NCBI GenBank assembly: GCA_937871585.1
Contig: CALMPJ010000203.1
Location: forward strand, 3,963 to 67,962
Length of the DNA stretch: 64,000 nucleotides
Direction of reading: 5' to 3'
Source of the DNA: an uncultured Acidobacteriota bacterium
GTDB taxonomy: Bacteria; Acidobacteriota; Blastocatellia; Pyrinomonadales; Pyrinomonadaceae
Shown here one piece after another: positions 49,432-60,714 of this stretch; the stretch's first letter is position 1, and each line of letters starts with the position of its first letter. The notes under the pieces were generated by a model, which saw only the letters and a list, made by a program, of their open reading frames with translations, made no database searches and was not told the DNA's origin. The translations under genes were made by a program, and so were the position numbers.

Positions 49432-51314
49432 GGCAAATACGCTGTAGGGATCGGTTTGTCTCCAGCTATGCCGAATATGGCTGAGGTGAAGCCGGCGGTC
49501 GATCTTAACAGGTACCAGTTGTTGGTGCTTGGGCGAAAAGCCGCAACGTCGGCTTTGCCGTCACCGTCGTAATCGCCGACGGTTGGGAGGTCGTTTTGGA
49601 CGCCCCATGACAGTCCGTAGTAGTTGAACGTTTCTGTTGTAAGAATGTAGAAATCCGGAAGATTGGGGTCGTTCGTTGCGCGGAAAACTGCAACGTCGGT
49701 TTGGCCGTCGCCGTCGTAATCTGCGGGAACAGGTTTGTCGCCGGCAGAACCGAACGGGAATGCAGTGTATGAGCTGTCAGAGCTCTTAAAGAAATGCCAT
49801 GTCCCGTCTGAAGGACGAAAAACGGTCAGGTCGCCTAAGCCGTCGCCATCATAGTCGAATATCTGCGGAATATCGGTGCCGAGTCCGAACTGCTGAATGA
49901 AAACTTGATTCGCGAGGCTCCGTAGCTGATACCAACCGCCGTCCGAAGGCCGGAATATCGCAATGTCGGCCCTTCCGTCGCCATCGAAATCATTTGGGAT
50001 CGGTTTGTCACCGCTCGCTCCAAATTGCGTGATCGTTGTGGTCGATGTTGCTGAATTGAAAAGATACCAAGTGCCGTTCGATGGCCTGAAAACGGCTACG
50101 TCCGTCTTATTGTCACCGTCAAAATCACCGGGAGCGAGCGTGTCGGTCGAGGCTCCCCAGACCGTCGGCGTTTGGTTCGAATTTATCGACGACTGATACC
50201 ACCAGGTCGATGTTGACGGACGATAAATCGAGATGTCGGTCTTGCCGTCGCCGTCGAAATCATAAGGTGATCGCGGCACGACTTGGATAGCAACATCATT
50301 ACCATCGCCGCCGTTATACGTGATCTTGAACGCCGAATTCAGCGGTCCTGAAAACACAGCGTTGTTAGGCAGATTTAGGAACGTGCCATTGATCGGATCG
50401 GCTCCGTCGTTTCGTAAAATGACATATGTGTCGCCGATCGCGGGACGAAATCCTTGCCAAGGAATCGGAGCGAGACGAGCGTTGTTAAGGTTCACTGCTC
50501 CGGTGACATTAAGCTGGTCGTGACCGTTTGCTCCCGGAGTTGTGCCGCCGATCTTGCAGGCGTAATTACCATTCGCTGTGAAGGTTAGGCCGTTCGAGAT
50601 GTTGAGAACTCCCGTCGGCGAAGTCAGTGTTCCGGCACTGACGCTGCCCTGTACGACATTGACCGAACCGACAGTTCCCGTGCCGCCGAATCCAGAGATC
50701 GCGAGTCCGCCGCCCGTAACGATCGGATTATTGACCGTTACATTGCTCGAAGGAATATTCGCATCGACGACGAAGATACCGTTGTTGAGAGTGATCGGTC
50801 CTGAAAATCCTGCGGACGAAATGATCGCACCCGCACCGGAGCCGTTCTTTGTGATCGCGCCCGATCCCGAAGCAAGACCAATACCGACAATACCGGAACC
50901 GTCAATGGTCAGAGCATTATTGCCGAGTGATAGTATGAGCAGCGTGACTGTCGAGGCTCCATCGGCAAGAAAGGTCTGCGGAGCGTTCAGAGTAATTGGG
51001 AAATTCAACGTCTGAGTTCCTGCGTTGACCGTCAAACCTGTTGTCAGCCTGAGCGGATTGCCGCCGATCGTGTATGTGCCGCCTTCGATCAGGATAGAGC
51101 GGTAAACCGCGATGACAGAAGTGTTGTTGCTATTCGTTTGCTGCGGAGCCGCAGCCGGAAATACGAGATCGTCGTTCGCCTGCGGAGCTCCCGATGGATT
51201 CCAATTGGCCGCTGTCGCCCAGTTTGCGTCGGCACCAGTTCCAGTCCAGGTTTTCGTGGCTCCAAATGACACCACAGGAAGCAATAACATCAATGAAATC
51301 AATAAAATTCTCAT
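49428..51314 (-). CDS. Secreted protein with autotransporter-associated beta-strand (PATR) repeats and a C-terminal FG-GAP/VCBS propeller
   Basis: MRILLISLMLLLPVVSFGATKTWTGTGADANWATAANW, then GGTYTIGGNPLRLTTG and ITKNGSGAGAI, then DFDGDGKTDISIYRP repeats. AAGGAG SD. The track ORF is over-extended to 51587. Confidence 0.75.
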   Translation of the reverse strand: MRILLISLMLLLPVVSFGATKTWTGTGADANWATAANWNPSGAPQANDDLVFPAAAPQQTNSNNTSVIAVYRSILIEGGTYTIGGNPLRLTTGLTVNAGTQTLNFPITLNAPQTFLADGASTVTLLILSLGNNALTIDGSGIVGIGLASGSGAITKNGSGAGAIISSAGFSGPITLNNGIFVVDANIPSSNVTVNNPIVTGGGLAISGFGGTGTVGSVNVVQGSVSAGTLTSPTGVLNISNGLTFTANGNYACKIGGTTPGANGHDQLNVTGAVNLNNARLAPIPWQGFRPAIGDTYVILRNDGADPINGTFLNLPNNAVFSGPLNSAFKITYNGGDGNDVAIQVVPRSPYDFDGDGKTDISIYRPSTSTWWYQSSINSNQTPTVWGASTDTLAPGDFDGDNKTDVAVFRPSNGTWYLFNSATSTTTITQFGASGDKPIPNDFDGDGRADIAIFRPSDGGWYQLRSLANQVFIQQFGLGTDIPQIFDYDGDGLGDLTVFRPSDGTWHFFKSSDSSYTAFPFGSAGDKPVPADYDGDGQTDVAVFRATNDPNLPDFYILTTETFNYYGLSWGVQNDLPTVGDYDGDGKADVAAFRPSTNNWYLLRSTAGFTSAIFGIAGDKPIPTAYLP

Positions 51315-51419
51315 CTCGGCGACTCCTTGTTCCAGATCTCGGAAGAGTATATCACCGAAAGCTCGCAGATCGGCTGTTTTGGCTCGCCCTTGCCGTGTGC
51401 TAACCTTTTGCTTTCGCTT

Positions 51420-52283
51420 ATGTCGTGGTTTCGAAGAGACAAACCGAAGATAGATGAATCGGAAATTGACGAGGAACAGACCGTCAAGACCGAAGGTATC
51501 TTCGTAAAATGCCCGGATTGTGACAGCGCGTTGTACAAGCGCGAACTCGCCGAATCGCACGATGTCTGTACTCACTGCGACTACCATTTTCGATATTCGG
51601 CGAAAGGCCGTTTCGATGATCTCTTCGATGACGGCCGTTACGAGGAACTCGACAAGGAAGTCACCTCAGGCGATCCGCTTGGTTTTTTTGATTCAAAACC
51701 ATACTACGAACGTATCGATTCTGCTCGCGATTCGTCAGGTTTGCCCGAGGCAGTTGTCTCAGCCAAGGGAATGGTCGGCGGGCATCTTGTTTATGCCGGA
51801 GCGATGGATATGGCGTTCATCGGCGGCTCGATGGGCTCGGCGGTCGGCGAAAAGCTAACTCGCATTATCGAATACGCACTTCGTGATCGTGGAGCCGTTA
51901 TCATCTTTTCGGCGTCGGGCGGTGCTCGTATGCAAGAGGGAACGCTGAGCCTGATGCAAATGGGCAAGATCTCAGCGGCGCTTGCACGTTTGCATGAGAA
52001 ACGTCTGCCGTTCATCTCGGTCTTGACCGATCCGACCACGGGCGGTGTTACTGCAAGTTTTGCAATGCTCGGCGATGTAAATCTTGCGGAACCGAGGGCC
52101 CTCATCGGCTTTGCGGGGCCGCGAGTTATCGAGCAGACCATCAGGCAAAAACTGCCAAAAGGCTTTCAGCGAAGCGAGTTTCTTCGCGATCACGGCATGA
52201 TCGACCAAGTCGTCGATCGCCGTGAAATGCGTGACACGATCATTCGTCATCTCGATTTTATGATGAACGGCGAGCTCGGCTAA
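51420..52283 (+). CDS. accD: Acetyl-CoA carboxylase carboxyltransferase subunit beta
   Basis: MSWFRRDKPK...CPDCDSALYKRELAESHDVCTHCDYHFR gives the zinc finger, followed by the CT domain. Confidence 0.93.
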   Translation: MSWFRRDKPKIDESEIDEEQTVKTEGIFVKCPDCDSALYKRELAESHDVCTHCDYHFRYSAKGRFDDLFDDGRYEELDKEVTSGDPLGFFDSKPYYERIDSARDSSGLPEAVVSAKGMVGGHLVYAGAMDMAFIGGSMGSAVGEKLTRIIEYALRDRGAVIIFSASGGARMQEGTLSLMQMGKISAALARLHEKRLPFISVLTDPTTGGVTASFAMLGDVNLAEPRALIGFAGPRVIEQTIRQKLPKGFQRSEFLRDHGMIDQVVDRREMRDTIIRHLDFMMNGELG

Positions 52284-52298
52284 CTGTCGTTCCAACGT

Positions 52299-53261
52299 AT
52301 GGACATTCAGGTCCTGATCTCAAATCTCACCAATCCGACGCTGCTGTTTTTCTTGCTCGGAATAATGGCGACGCTCGTCAAAAGCGACCTACAGATCCCG
52401 GAAAGCAGCAGTAAATTCATCTCGCTTTACCTACTATTCGCCATCGGTTTCAAAGGCGGACAAGAACTCTCGCATAGTACATTTACAGCTGAGATCGGTT
52501 ATTCGCTTTTGTTTGGTTTGGCGATGTCGGCTCTTATTCCGATCTATTCGTTTTTCATTCTTAAGCGAAAACTTAGCGTCAGTGATTCGTGCGCGGTCGC
52601 TGCTGCTTTTGGATCGGTAAGTGCGGTAACATTCGTCGCTGCTAGCTCATACCTTGAAGCGCAGAACATTACGTTCGGCGGACACATGGTCGCCGTAATG
52701 GCTTTGATGGAGGCTCCGGCGATCATCGTCGCAGTGATGCTGATGGATCGATACGACGACGACGCCGCGACGAACCGCAATATTTGGGAGATCGCACGAC
52801 ACAGCTTAACTAACGGAAGCGTGCTAATGGTGATCGGCAGCCTCATCATTGGCCTCGTCGCCGACAGTAAACAGGCCGAGGGTATCAAGCCGTTCACGAC
52901 CGACATTTTTAAAGGCTTTCTCGCGATATTCCTGCTCGATATGGGCATGATAACGGCCCGCAGATTCGGCGCGTTTCGACGTTACGGCTGGGTTGTCACG
53001 GCATCCCCAAATCTAATTCCTGCGATCAACGGAAGCCTTGCGGCGATCTTGAGCGGACTATTCACTCAAGACGTCGGCAATCAGACGATCTTCGGCGTGC
53101 TGGCGGCAAGCGCGTCATATATCGCAGTACCTGCGGCAATGCGGCTTGCGGCTCCGAAAGCCGATCCGGGACTTTATATACCGGTCGCTCTCGGTGTGAC
53201 ATTTCCGTTCAATATCACGATCGGGCTGCCGCTCTATTATTATCTAGCGAGGACATTCTAA
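52299..53261 (+). CDS. Sodium-dependent bicarbonate transporter (SbtA-like / DUF897) family permease
   Basis: LLFFLLGIMATLVKSDLQIPESSSKFISLYLLFAIGFKGGQEL matches the family N-terminus as I recall it. The protein is polytopic. Confidence 0.65.
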   Translation: MDIQVLISNLTNPTLLFFLLGIMATLVKSDLQIPESSSKFISLYLLFAIGFKGGQELSHSTFTAEIGYSLLFGLAMSALIPIYSFFILKRKLSVSDSCAVAAAFGSVSAVTFVAASSYLEAQNITFGGHMVAVMALMEAPAIIVAVMLMDRYDDDAATNRNIWEIARHSLTNGSVLMVIGSLIIGLVADSKQAEGIKPFTTDIFKGFLAIFLLDMGMITARRFGAFRRYGWVVTASPNLIPAINGSLAAILSGLFTQDVGNQTIFGVLAASASYIAVPAAMRLAAPKADPGLYIPVALGVTFPFNITIGLPLYYYLARTF

Positions 53262-53701
53262 TGCTGACAACGATCCTGACCGAACTTTTTGAACGCGACC
53301 TGAACAAACTGAAAGAGGAACTCGATCTTTACGAGAACGATGCCGATCTGTGGCTAAAGCCCGGACGCGTACCGAATTCAGCCGGGAATCTTGCCTTGCA
53401 TCTTTGCGGAAATCTGCAGCATTTCTTTGGCGCGGTGCTCGGAAACAGCGGCTATGTACGCGACCGCGACAGCGAGTTTACGCGCACGGGCGTGCCACGC
53501 GACGAGATCCTTGCCGAGATCGACACTACTCTTTCCATTGTGAAACAAACACTTGCCGATCTCAGTGATGAAGATCTCGCCGCATTATATCCGATCGAAG
53601 TCTTTGGCAAACCGATGACAACCGGATGGTTCGCGACTCATCTCGCAACACACCTGACGTGGCATCTCGGCCAGATCACGTATCATCGCCGGATGGTATG
53701 A
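53261..53701 (+). CDS. DinB-family (four-helix bundle, His-triad) protein
   Basis: 146 aa with HLCGNLQHFFG and ATHLATHLTWHLGQITYH. Confidence 0.6.
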   Translation: MLTTILTELFERDLNKLKEELDLYENDADLWLKPGRVPNSAGNLALHLCGNLQHFFGAVLGNSGYVRDRDSEFTRTGVPRDEILAEIDTTLSIVKQTLADLSDEDLAALYPIEVFGKPMTTGWFATHLATHLTWHLGQITYHRRMV

Positions 53702-54939
53702 ACTTCGCCGAATCGCAGCAATACCTGTTTTCGCTCGGCAACGAGGTCGCGGCGATGAAGCTTGGGCTGGAGAATATTCGCACGCTGCTGACCGCGCTTG
53801 GCGAACCGCAAACGAAATATCTCAAGGTCCATGTCGCCGGCACCAACGGCAAAGGCTCCGTTTGTGCGTTTCTCGATTCGATCTGCCGCCAAGCGAACAT
53901 CAAGACCGGACTTTACACCTCGCCGCATCTGATCTCGATAACCGAACGCGTTCGCATTGGCGGTGTTGATATTAGCGAGGAAGAGTTCGCACGGATCGCA
54001 ACGCACGTCCGCGAAACTGCAGAACGGTTGCTCGCCGATGGCAAACTCGAATATCGACCTACATTCTTCGAACAAATGACCGCGATCGCTCTCGTTGCAT
54101 TTTCGGAAGCCAAAGTCGAACTCGCCATCTTGGAAACCGGCCTCGGTGGCCGCCTCGACGCAACCACAGCCGCAAATGCCGAGATCGCCGCCATCACACG
54201 CATAGATCTCGATCATCAGGAATACCTTGGGAATACGATCGAAGAAATTGCAGCGGAGAAGGCAGCGATCATTCACAGCGGTTCGCGAGCGGCGATCCTT
54301 GAACAAACTCCCGCCGTAATGCGCATTCTTCGTAAGCGTTGCAAAGAGGTCAGCGTGAAGCCTCGAACAACTGCTGAATTTCTAGGTCAAGGCTTTGGCC
54401 TGCCGAAACTTGGACTGCTCGGCGATCATCAGGTTGAAAACGCCGAGGCGGCAATTCTTGTCACCGAAATTCTTCGTGAGAATTTTAATATCAGCGACGA
54501 ATCACTCGTTGCGGGTCTCGAGAATGCTCGCCATCCGGGACGACTTGAATATCAAGGCCGATATCTTTTTGACGGTGCCCACAACGTCGGCGGTGCAAAG
54601 GCACTCGTGAAGTTTGTAACCGCGAATGAAGAGCGGCCGATTACTATGATATTCGGTGCGATGAGCGATAAGAATGTGGCAGAAATTCTCGCCGAACTCT
54701 CTCCGCTCGCTGACAAGATCGTCCTGACCGAACCATCGAATTCGCGTTCGCTGACGTATGACGAATTGCTCGAGAACCTTCCTACCGGATTTTCGCGTGA
54801 ACGAACGTTTGTATCAGATAGCGTGGAACACGCGATCGAGATTGCGGAGACGATCACTCCGGACGACGGCATTATGCTGGTGACTGGTTCGCTTTATTTG
54901 GTTGGCGAGGTCAAGAGTATTCTCAAGTCTCAAATTTGA
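53698..54939 (+). CDS. folC: Bifunctional folylpolyglutamate synthase / dihydrofolate synthase
   Basis: YLKVHVAGTNGKGSV, plus a Mur-ligase middle domain. It has an ATGA overlap with the preceding gene. The start is set at 53698. Confidence 0.9.
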   Translation: MNFAESQQYLFSLGNEVAAMKLGLENIRTLLTALGEPQTKYLKVHVAGTNGKGSVCAFLDSICRQANIKTGLYTSPHLISITERVRIGGVDISEEEFARIATHVRETAERLLADGKLEYRPTFFEQMTAIALVAFSEAKVELAILETGLGGRLDATTAANAEIAAITRIDLDHQEYLGNTIEEIAAEKAAIIHSGSRAAILEQTPAVMRILRKRCKEVSVKPRTTAEFLGQGFGLPKLGLLGDHQVENAEAAILVTEILRENFNISDESLVAGLENARHPGRLEYQGRYLFDGAHNVGGAKALVKFVTANEERPITMIFGAMSDKNVAEILAELSPLADKIVLTEPSNSRSLTYDELLENLPTGFSRERTFVSDSVEHAIEIAETITPDDGIMLVTGSLYLVGEVKSILKSQI

Positions 54940-54969
54940 AATTTGAGATATCAAATTTAAGATACTTGT

Positions 54970-55710
54970 ATGCACAAATTAGTTCTAATTCGCCACGGCG
55001 AGAGTCAGTGGAATAAGGAAAATCGGTTCACGGGATGGTACGACGTCGATCTGTCGGAAAAGGGCAGGGAAGAGGCGAAGGCCGCGGGTCAGTTGTTGAA
55101 AACCGAAGGTTTCACATTCGATGAGGCGTATACGTCGGTGTTGAAACGTGCCATTCGAACGCTTTGGACGGTTCTTGATGAAATGGACTTGATGTGGGTG
55201 CCGCAGACTAAATCATGGCTGCTCAACGAGCGGCATTACGGCGGTTTGCAGGGGCTTGATAAGGCTGAAACCGCTGCGAAATACGGCGACGAACAGGTCA
55301 AGATCTGGCGCCGCAGTTACGACATTCCGCCACCTGAACTCGATGCAAGCGATGAGCGATATCTTGGCAACGATCCACGATACACTGACGTGCGTCCGTT
55401 TCCCGCGACCGAGTGTTTGAAAGACACGGTCGTCCGCGTTGTGCCGTATTTTGACAACGAGATCGCACCAAAGATCAAGGCAGGAAAACGCCTGATCGTC
55501 GCGGCGCACGGCAACAGCCTGCGTGCCCTGGTCAAGCATCTTGATGGCATCTCGGACGACGATATTATCAATCTAAACATACCAACCGGCGTGCCGCTGG
55601 TTTACGAACTAGACGCCGATCTGAAGCCGATCAAAAGCTATTATTTAGGCGACGCGGACGCGATCAAGGCGGCTCAGGAAGCGGTTGCAAATCAAGGCAA
55701 AGCGAAGTAA
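54970..55710 (+). CDS. gpmA: 2,3-bisphosphoglycerate-dependent phosphoglycerate mutase
   Basis: [29 protein letters not shown] and [14 protein letters not shown]. Confidence 0.95.
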   Translation: MHKLVLIRHGESQWNKENRFTGWYDVDLSEKGREEAKAAGQLLKTEGFTFDEAYTSVLKRAIRTLWTVLDEMDLMWVPQTKSWLLNERHYGGLQGLDKAETAAKYGDEQVKIWRRSYDIPPPELDASDERYLGNDPRYTDVRPFPATECLKDTVVRVVPYFDNEIAPKIKAGKRLIVAAHGNSLRALVKHLDGISDDDIINLNIPTGVPLVYELDADLKPIKSYYLGDADAIKAAQEAVANQGKAK

Positions 55711-55719
55711 GGCAAAAGT

Positions 55720-56409
55720 ATGAAAAGACTTGTGTTCCCGACCTTTATAGTACTGCTTGGGCTAAGTGTTGGTTCATTCGCTCAATCAACGCGTGTGTCT
55801 GATTCCGACATATCTGGCGGCCTAAAAGAGGCTCTCGGCAACGGCGTCAAATTTGCGATCAAAACGCTAGGCAAGCAGGACGGTTTTCTACTAAACGAAC
55901 GTGTCAAGATCCCGCTGCCAAAGAATCTGCAAAAGGTGGAGAAGGCACTTCGCATTGCCGGACAGGGAAAGTCCGTAGATGAATTCGTTGTGTCGATGAA
56001 CCGTGCTGCTGAAAAGGCAGTTCCTGTTGCGATCGATGTTTTCGTCGATTCGATCAAGCAGATGACATTCGAAGATGTGCGGCAGATCTTGTTCAGCAAA
56101 GATCAGGATTCGGCGACGCAGTTTTTCCGACGAACGAGCGAAGAAAAACTTCGTGAGAAGTTTCGGCCGATCGTTGAAAATGCCACTACTCAGGTCGGCG
56201 TTACGCAAAAATATAAGTCAATGATCGGCAAGTACGGCTTCGCCGCGAAGTTCCTCGGCCAAGACGTGACCGACATCGACGGCTACGTCACACAGAAAGC
56301 GCTCGACGGACTATTTATGTACATCGCCGACGAAGAGCGTAAGATCCGCAAAGACCCGATCAGGCGAACGACGAGTTTGTTAAAGAAGGTGTTTGGGATT
56401 TTGCGGTAG
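55720..56409 (+). CDS. DUF4197-family secreted protein
   Basis: Signal peptide, then ISGGLKEALGNGVKFAIKTLGKQDGFLLNERVKIPLP. Confidence 0.65.
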   Translation: MKRLVFPTFIVLLGLSVGSFAQSTRVSDSDISGGLKEALGNGVKFAIKTLGKQDGFLLNERVKIPLPKNLQKVEKALRIAGQGKSVDEFVVSMNRAAEKAVPVAIDVFVDSIKQMTFEDVRQILFSKDQDSATQFFRRTSEEKLREKFRPIVENATTQVGVTQKYKSMIGKYGFAAKFLGQDVTDIDGYVTQKALDGLFMYIADEERKIRKDPIRRTTSLLKKVFGILR

Positions 56410-56432
56410 GAACCATTTCAAGGATCTCATTG

Positions 56433-56476
56433 GGTGAAAAGGAAGCCACGAGTTTCCTTTTCACCTTTTTCCTTTT
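56433..56476 (+). terminator. Rho-independent terminator
   Basis: Perfect 12-bp stem ggtgaaaaggaa/ttccttttcacc with a 9-nt loop, followed by tttttcctttt. Confidence 0.7.
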
Positions 56477-56493
56477 ATACTTTTGCACTTCGT

Positions 56494-57426
56494 ATGACTT
56501 GGCAAAAGGCCCTTTTCGTCTTACTCATAATCTTCATTCTTTCGCCGTGGGGCTCGCCGTTTTTGGCCCTAGCTCTAGGGCTGGCGATGGCATTGACGAT
56601 CGGTAATCCGTTTCCGCAACTTGGTGGTAAACCAACTACTTATCTGCTGCAAGCTTCGGTCGTGATGCTCGGTTTCGGGATGAATCTCGGTGCGGTTCTT
56701 AAGGCCGGCCAAAGCGGAATTTTGTTCATTCTCGCGGTCGTTTTCGGCGCACTTGCACTCGGATTTCTGTTCGGCAAGCTGCTCGGAACCTCGAAAAGAA
56801 TTACAACCTTGATCACAATGGGAACCGCAATTTGCGGCGGTTCGGCTATCGCGGCGGTCGGCCCGGCGATCAAGGCCGAGAACGACGAGATGTCAGTTTC
56901 GCTCGGTACGATCTTCGTTCTCAATGCGGTCGCATTGTTCACGTTTCCGTTCATCGGACATTCGTTGGGCATGTCGCAGGAGCAGTTCGGATTGTGGTGT
57001 GCCGTTGCGATCCAAGATACGAGTTCAGTGGTTGGAGCTTCGTCAGCATATGGTGCCGCGGCTCTCGCGATCGCAGCAACCGTAAAACTCGCTCGTGCGT
57101 TATGGATCGCACCGCTCGCAATAGGGCTGGCATTTGCGTTCCGTGAGAAAGATGCAAAAGCAAAGATCGCCATTCCTTGGTTCATCTTCCTGTTCGTGGC
57201 CGCTGCCGCGATCCGTACGTTCGCTCCCGCTGTTATTCAACCGAGCATTTTCGATTCTCTGGTGAGTCTTGCAAAAGCCGGTTTCGCCGTCACATTGTTT
57301 CTGATCGGCCTTAGCCTCTCGGTCGATATGCTCAAAAAGGTCGGCATAAGGCCGTTTCTATTGGGCACGATCCTTTGGATCATCATCGCGTCACTTACAC
57401 TGTGGGCCGTGCTTCGCTTTGCGTAA
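56494..57426 (+). CDS. YeiH/UPF0324 family putative sulfate exporter-type membrane protein
   Basis: Polytopic. MTWQKALFVLLIIF...ALALGLAMALTIGNPF...LQASVVMLGFGMNL. The start is set at the ATG at 56494, downstream of the terminator. Confidence 0.7.
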   Translation: MTWQKALFVLLIIFILSPWGSPFLALALGLAMALTIGNPFPQLGGKPTTYLLQASVVMLGFGMNLGAVLKAGQSGILFILAVVFGALALGFLFGKLLGTSKRITTLITMGTAICGGSAIAAVGPAIKAENDEMSVSLGTIFVLNAVALFTFPFIGHSLGMSQEQFGLWCAVAIQDTSSVVGASSAYGAAALAIAATVKLARALWIAPLAIGLAFAFREKDAKAKIAIPWFIFLFVAAAAIRTFAPAVIQPSIFDSLVSLAKAGFAVTLFLIGLSLSVDMLKKVGIRPFLLGTILWIIIASLTLWAVLRFA

Positions 57427-57431
57427 CGAAT

Positions 57432-57440
57432 TGGTATAAT
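57432..57440 (+). promoter_or_regulatory. Extended -10 element (TGGTATAAT) upstream of uvrA
   Basis: TGnTATAAT lies 36 nt upstream of the uvrA ATG. No good -35 element is present. Confidence 0.4.
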
Positions 57441-57475
57441 AACCGTTTCGGCTATTGACGAAATTCGCAACCTAG

Positions 57476-60397
57476 ATGAGCATCACCGAGATCAGTGTTC
57501 GAGGAGCACGGCAGCACAATCTAAAGAACATCGACATCGACATTCCGCGCGACAAATTCGTGGTCATCACGGGTCTGTCCGGCAGCGGCAAATCGTCGCT
57601 CGCGTTCGACACGATCTATGCCGAAGGCCAACGCCGATATGTCGATTCGCTGTCAGCGTACGCTCGTCAATTCCTCGATCAGCTAGAGAAACCCGACGTC
57701 GACAGCGTCGAAGGCCTCTCGCCAGCAATTTCCATCGAACAGAAAACTGTGTCACGTTCGCCCAGATCGACGGTCGGCACGGTAACGGAGATCTACGATT
57801 TTCTGCGGCTGCTGTTCGCCTCGGTTGGTGTATCGCATTGTCCGCAATGCGACGCGCCGATCACGCGGCAATCGACCGACCGAATTATCTCGGACGTTGC
57901 CGCCCTGCCCGAGGGCGAACGCGTGATGATACTTGCGCCGATCGTTCGAGGCCGCAAGGGCGAGTTTAAGAAGGAACTTGCGAAGATCGCTAGTGACGGT
58001 TACGAACGTGTTCGCGTCGATGGCGAGATACGGCTGCTCGACGAAGCCATCATCCTCGATAAGCGAAAGAACCACACTATCGAGGTTGTTGTCGATCGCC
58101 TTCTGCTCAAGAACGGCGTCAGCGAACGTCTGTCTGAATCGGTCAAAACCGCGCTGAAACTCACCGGCGGAGCAGTGCTCGTATCGGTCATTGACGGCGA
58201 CGAGAAGCTCTATTCCGAACGCATGGCTTGCGTCAATTGCGGCATTAACATCGCTCCGCTCGAGCCGCGTTCGTTCTCGTTCAACTCGGCGTACGGTGCG
58301 TGTAAACGCTGCGTTGGCATTGGCACCGTGATGGAGATCGACCAGGCGAAGATCGTCACCGACGGCCGCCAAACCGTCGAAAAGATCGAGTTTCTCGGCG
58401 GCGTTGATAAGTCGGGTTCGACGTTCCTCAAGTCCGCACTTATTGCGATCATCGAGAGATATACCGGCGGCGACAAGCTCGAACCTTCGAAGAATGGATC
58501 GGTTTCCAAGACCACGGCCTGGGCCGCACCGAAGAAACGAAGCCGCAAGAAGGCTACTGACGAAGCCGGCGGCGAAGACTATGACGCCTTGCTCGCCACG
58601 CCGTTCAATTCGCTTCCGCAGGAGATCCAAGACGCCTTTTTCAACGGAACCAAGCGTCGCCTAACGTTTCGTCACGGAGACTACAAGTTCGAGCGCGACT
58701 GGCGCGGAGCGATGCGGGCGATGCGAGAGCGAATTGAGAATCCTCCGTCCGAGAAGATAAAAGCCGCTCTTGAAGAACTCGTTGCACCGATGCCTTGCCC
58801 GTCTTGCAATGGTGCCCGACTTCAGCCGGAGAGCCTCGCCGTAAAGGTAAACGGCCACGGCATCGCGGACTATACCGAACTCGCCATCTCCGATTCGGTC
58901 AAGAAATTCGACGCGATCAAATTGAACGCCCGCGATGAAAAGATCGCCGGTCTTGTGCTCGCTGAGATCCGCGGCAGGATGCGTTTTCTGGATAACGTCG
59001 GCCTCGGATATTTGACCTTGAGCCGTTCGTCGGCGTCCCTTTCGGGTGGCGAAGGCCAACGCATTCGGCTCGCTACGCAGATCGGTTCGCAGCTTCGCGG
59101 AGTGTTGTATGTGCTTGATGAGCCGTCGATCGGCCTGCATCCTCGTGACAACAAACGCCTGCTCGACACGCTGCACGAACTTCGCGATCTCGGCAATACG
59201 GTGCTAGTCGTCGAACATGACGAAGAGACGATCATGGCTGCCGATCACATTGTCGATCTCGGCCCGCTCGCCGGAACGCACGGCGGCGAAGTTGTCGCCA
59301 GCGGCACACCGAGCGAGATCGCGAAAGCTGATTCGCTCACAGCGAAATACCTCAGCGGCGAACTGAAGATCGAGGTTCCCGAGCTTCGTCGTCTGCCGAA
59401 CGGCCATCGCATCTCGGTCAAAGGTGCACGCGGCCACAATCTCAAGAACATCGACGCCGAATTTCCGCTCGGGCTGTTAACGGTCGTCACGGGCGTTTCG
59501 GGTTCGGGCAAATCGACGCTTGTCGAAGACATACTGTATCCCGCGTTGTACCGTCATGTTTACGGTTCCGCCGTAACGCCGCTTGAACATGACGAAGTTT
59601 CCGGGCTCGACCTCGTTGACAAGATCATCGAGATCGATCAGAAACCGATCGGGCGAACTCCGCGTTCGAATCCGGCGACGTTTACGGGTTTGTTCTCACC
59701 GATACGCGACCTTTACGCGATGCTGCCCGAGAGCCGCACGCGAGGTTACAAGGCCGGCAGATTTTCGTTTAACGTGAAAGGCGGACGCTGCGAGGCGTGC
59801 GAAGGCGACGGCCTCAAACGCATCGAGATGAACTTCCTGCCCGACGTCTACGTCACCTGCGACGTCTGCCGCGGTAAGCGTTACAATCGCGAAACTCTCG
59901 CCGTCAAATTCAAAGGCCTCTCGATCGCAGACCTTTTGGAAACCACGATCGAAGACGCTTTGCCGCTGCTTGAGAATATCCCTGCGATCGCCAAGATACT
60001 GCAAACTTTGCTCGATGTTGGATTGGGTTACATTCAGATCGGGCAGTCTTCAACTACGCTTTCGGGCGGCGAGGCTCAACGCATCAAACTTGCGAAAGAG
60101 CTTTCGAAACGTGCGACCGGCAAGACGATCTACATTCTCGACGAACCGACGACAGGCCTTCACTTCGCCGACGTTCACAAACTGCTCGACGTCCTGCAAA
60201 AACTCGTCGATACCGGCAACACCGTCATCGTCATCGAACACAATCTCGACGTCATCAAATCCGCCGACCACATCATCGATCTCGGCCCCGAAGGCGGCTC
60301 CGGCGGCGGCAAAATAGTCGCCACGGGCACTCCCGAACAAGTCGCCAAAGTAAAAAAGAGCTACACAGGGGTAGCCCTTAAGTCCGTCTTAGATTGA
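57476..60397 (+). CDS. uvrA: Excinuclease ABC subunit A
   Basis: 973 aa. [46 protein letters not shown], and a second ABC module [10 protein letters not shown]. Confidence 0.97.
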   Translation: MSITEISVRGARQHNLKNIDIDIPRDKFVVITGLSGSGKSSLAFDTIYAEGQRRYVDSLSAYARQFLDQLEKPDVDSVEGLSPAISIEQKTVSRSPRSTVGTVTEIYDFLRLLFASVGVSHCPQCDAPITRQSTDRIISDVAALPEGERVMILAPIVRGRKGEFKKELAKIASDGYERVRVDGEIRLLDEAIILDKRKNHTIEVVVDRLLLKNGVSERLSESVKTALKLTGGAVLVSVIDGDEKLYSERMACVNCGINIAPLEPRSFSFNSAYGACKRCVGIGTVMEIDQAKIVTDGRQTVEKIEFLGGVDKSGSTFLKSALIAIIERYTGGDKLEPSKNGSVSKTTAWAAPKKRSRKKATDEAGGEDYDALLATPFNSLPQEIQDAFFNGTKRRLTFRHGDYKFERDWRGAMRAMRERIENPPSEKIKAALEELVAPMPCPSCNGARLQPESLAVKVNGHGIADYTELAISDSVKKFDAIKLNARDEKIAGLVLAEIRGRMRFLDNVGLGYLTLSRSSASLSGGEGQRIRLATQIGSQLRGVLYVLDEPSIGLHPRDNKRLLDTLHELRDLGNTVLVVEHDEETIMAADHIVDLGPLAGTHGGEVVASGTPSEIAKADSLTAKYLSGELKIEVPELRRLPNGHRISVKGARGHNLKNIDAEFPLGLLTVVTGVSGSGKSTLVEDILYPALYRHVYGSAVTPLEHDEVSGLDLVDKIIEIDQKPIGRTPRSNPATFTGLFSPIRDLYAMLPESRTRGYKAGRFSFNVKGGRCEACEGDGLKRIEMNFLPDVYVTCDVCRGKRYNRETLAVKFKGLSIADLLETTIEDALPLLENIPAIAKILQTLLDVGLGYIQIGQSSTTLSGGEAQRIKLAKELSKRATGKTIYILDEPTTGLHFADVHKLLDVLQKLVDTGNTVIVIEHNLDVIKSADHIIDLGPEGGSGGGKIVATGTPEQVAKVKKSYTGVALKSVLD

Positions 60398-60405
60398 CCA
60401 GAGCC

Positions 60406-60624
60406 CTACTTGTGTCGGTACGTAATGCGGCCTTTGGTTAGGTCGTAGGGAGAGAGTTCGAGGTCGACGCGGTCGCCCATTAGGATACGGATGCGGTTGC
60501 GGCGCATGCGGCCCGAGACGGTGGCGAGGACGATATGCTCGGAATCGTTTAGCTGAACCTTGAAGAATGCGTTTGGTTGTTTGTCGATGACCACACCGGC
60601 CATTTCTATCAGATCTTCTTTCAT
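60406..60624 (-). CDS. infA: Translation initiation factor IF-1
   Basis: [71 protein letters not shown]. Confidence 0.95.
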   Translation of the reverse strand: MKEDLIEMAGVVIDKQPNAFFKVQLNDSEHIVLATVSGRMRRNRIRILMGDRVDLELSPYDLTKGRITYRHK

Positions 60625-60714
60625 TTTTGTTCTATTTAATCCATAAATGCCTGCTCACAGCACTGCATTTTAGCCGCAAGCAGGGTCTGATACCAATCGG
60701 GAAGCGTCGAAAAG

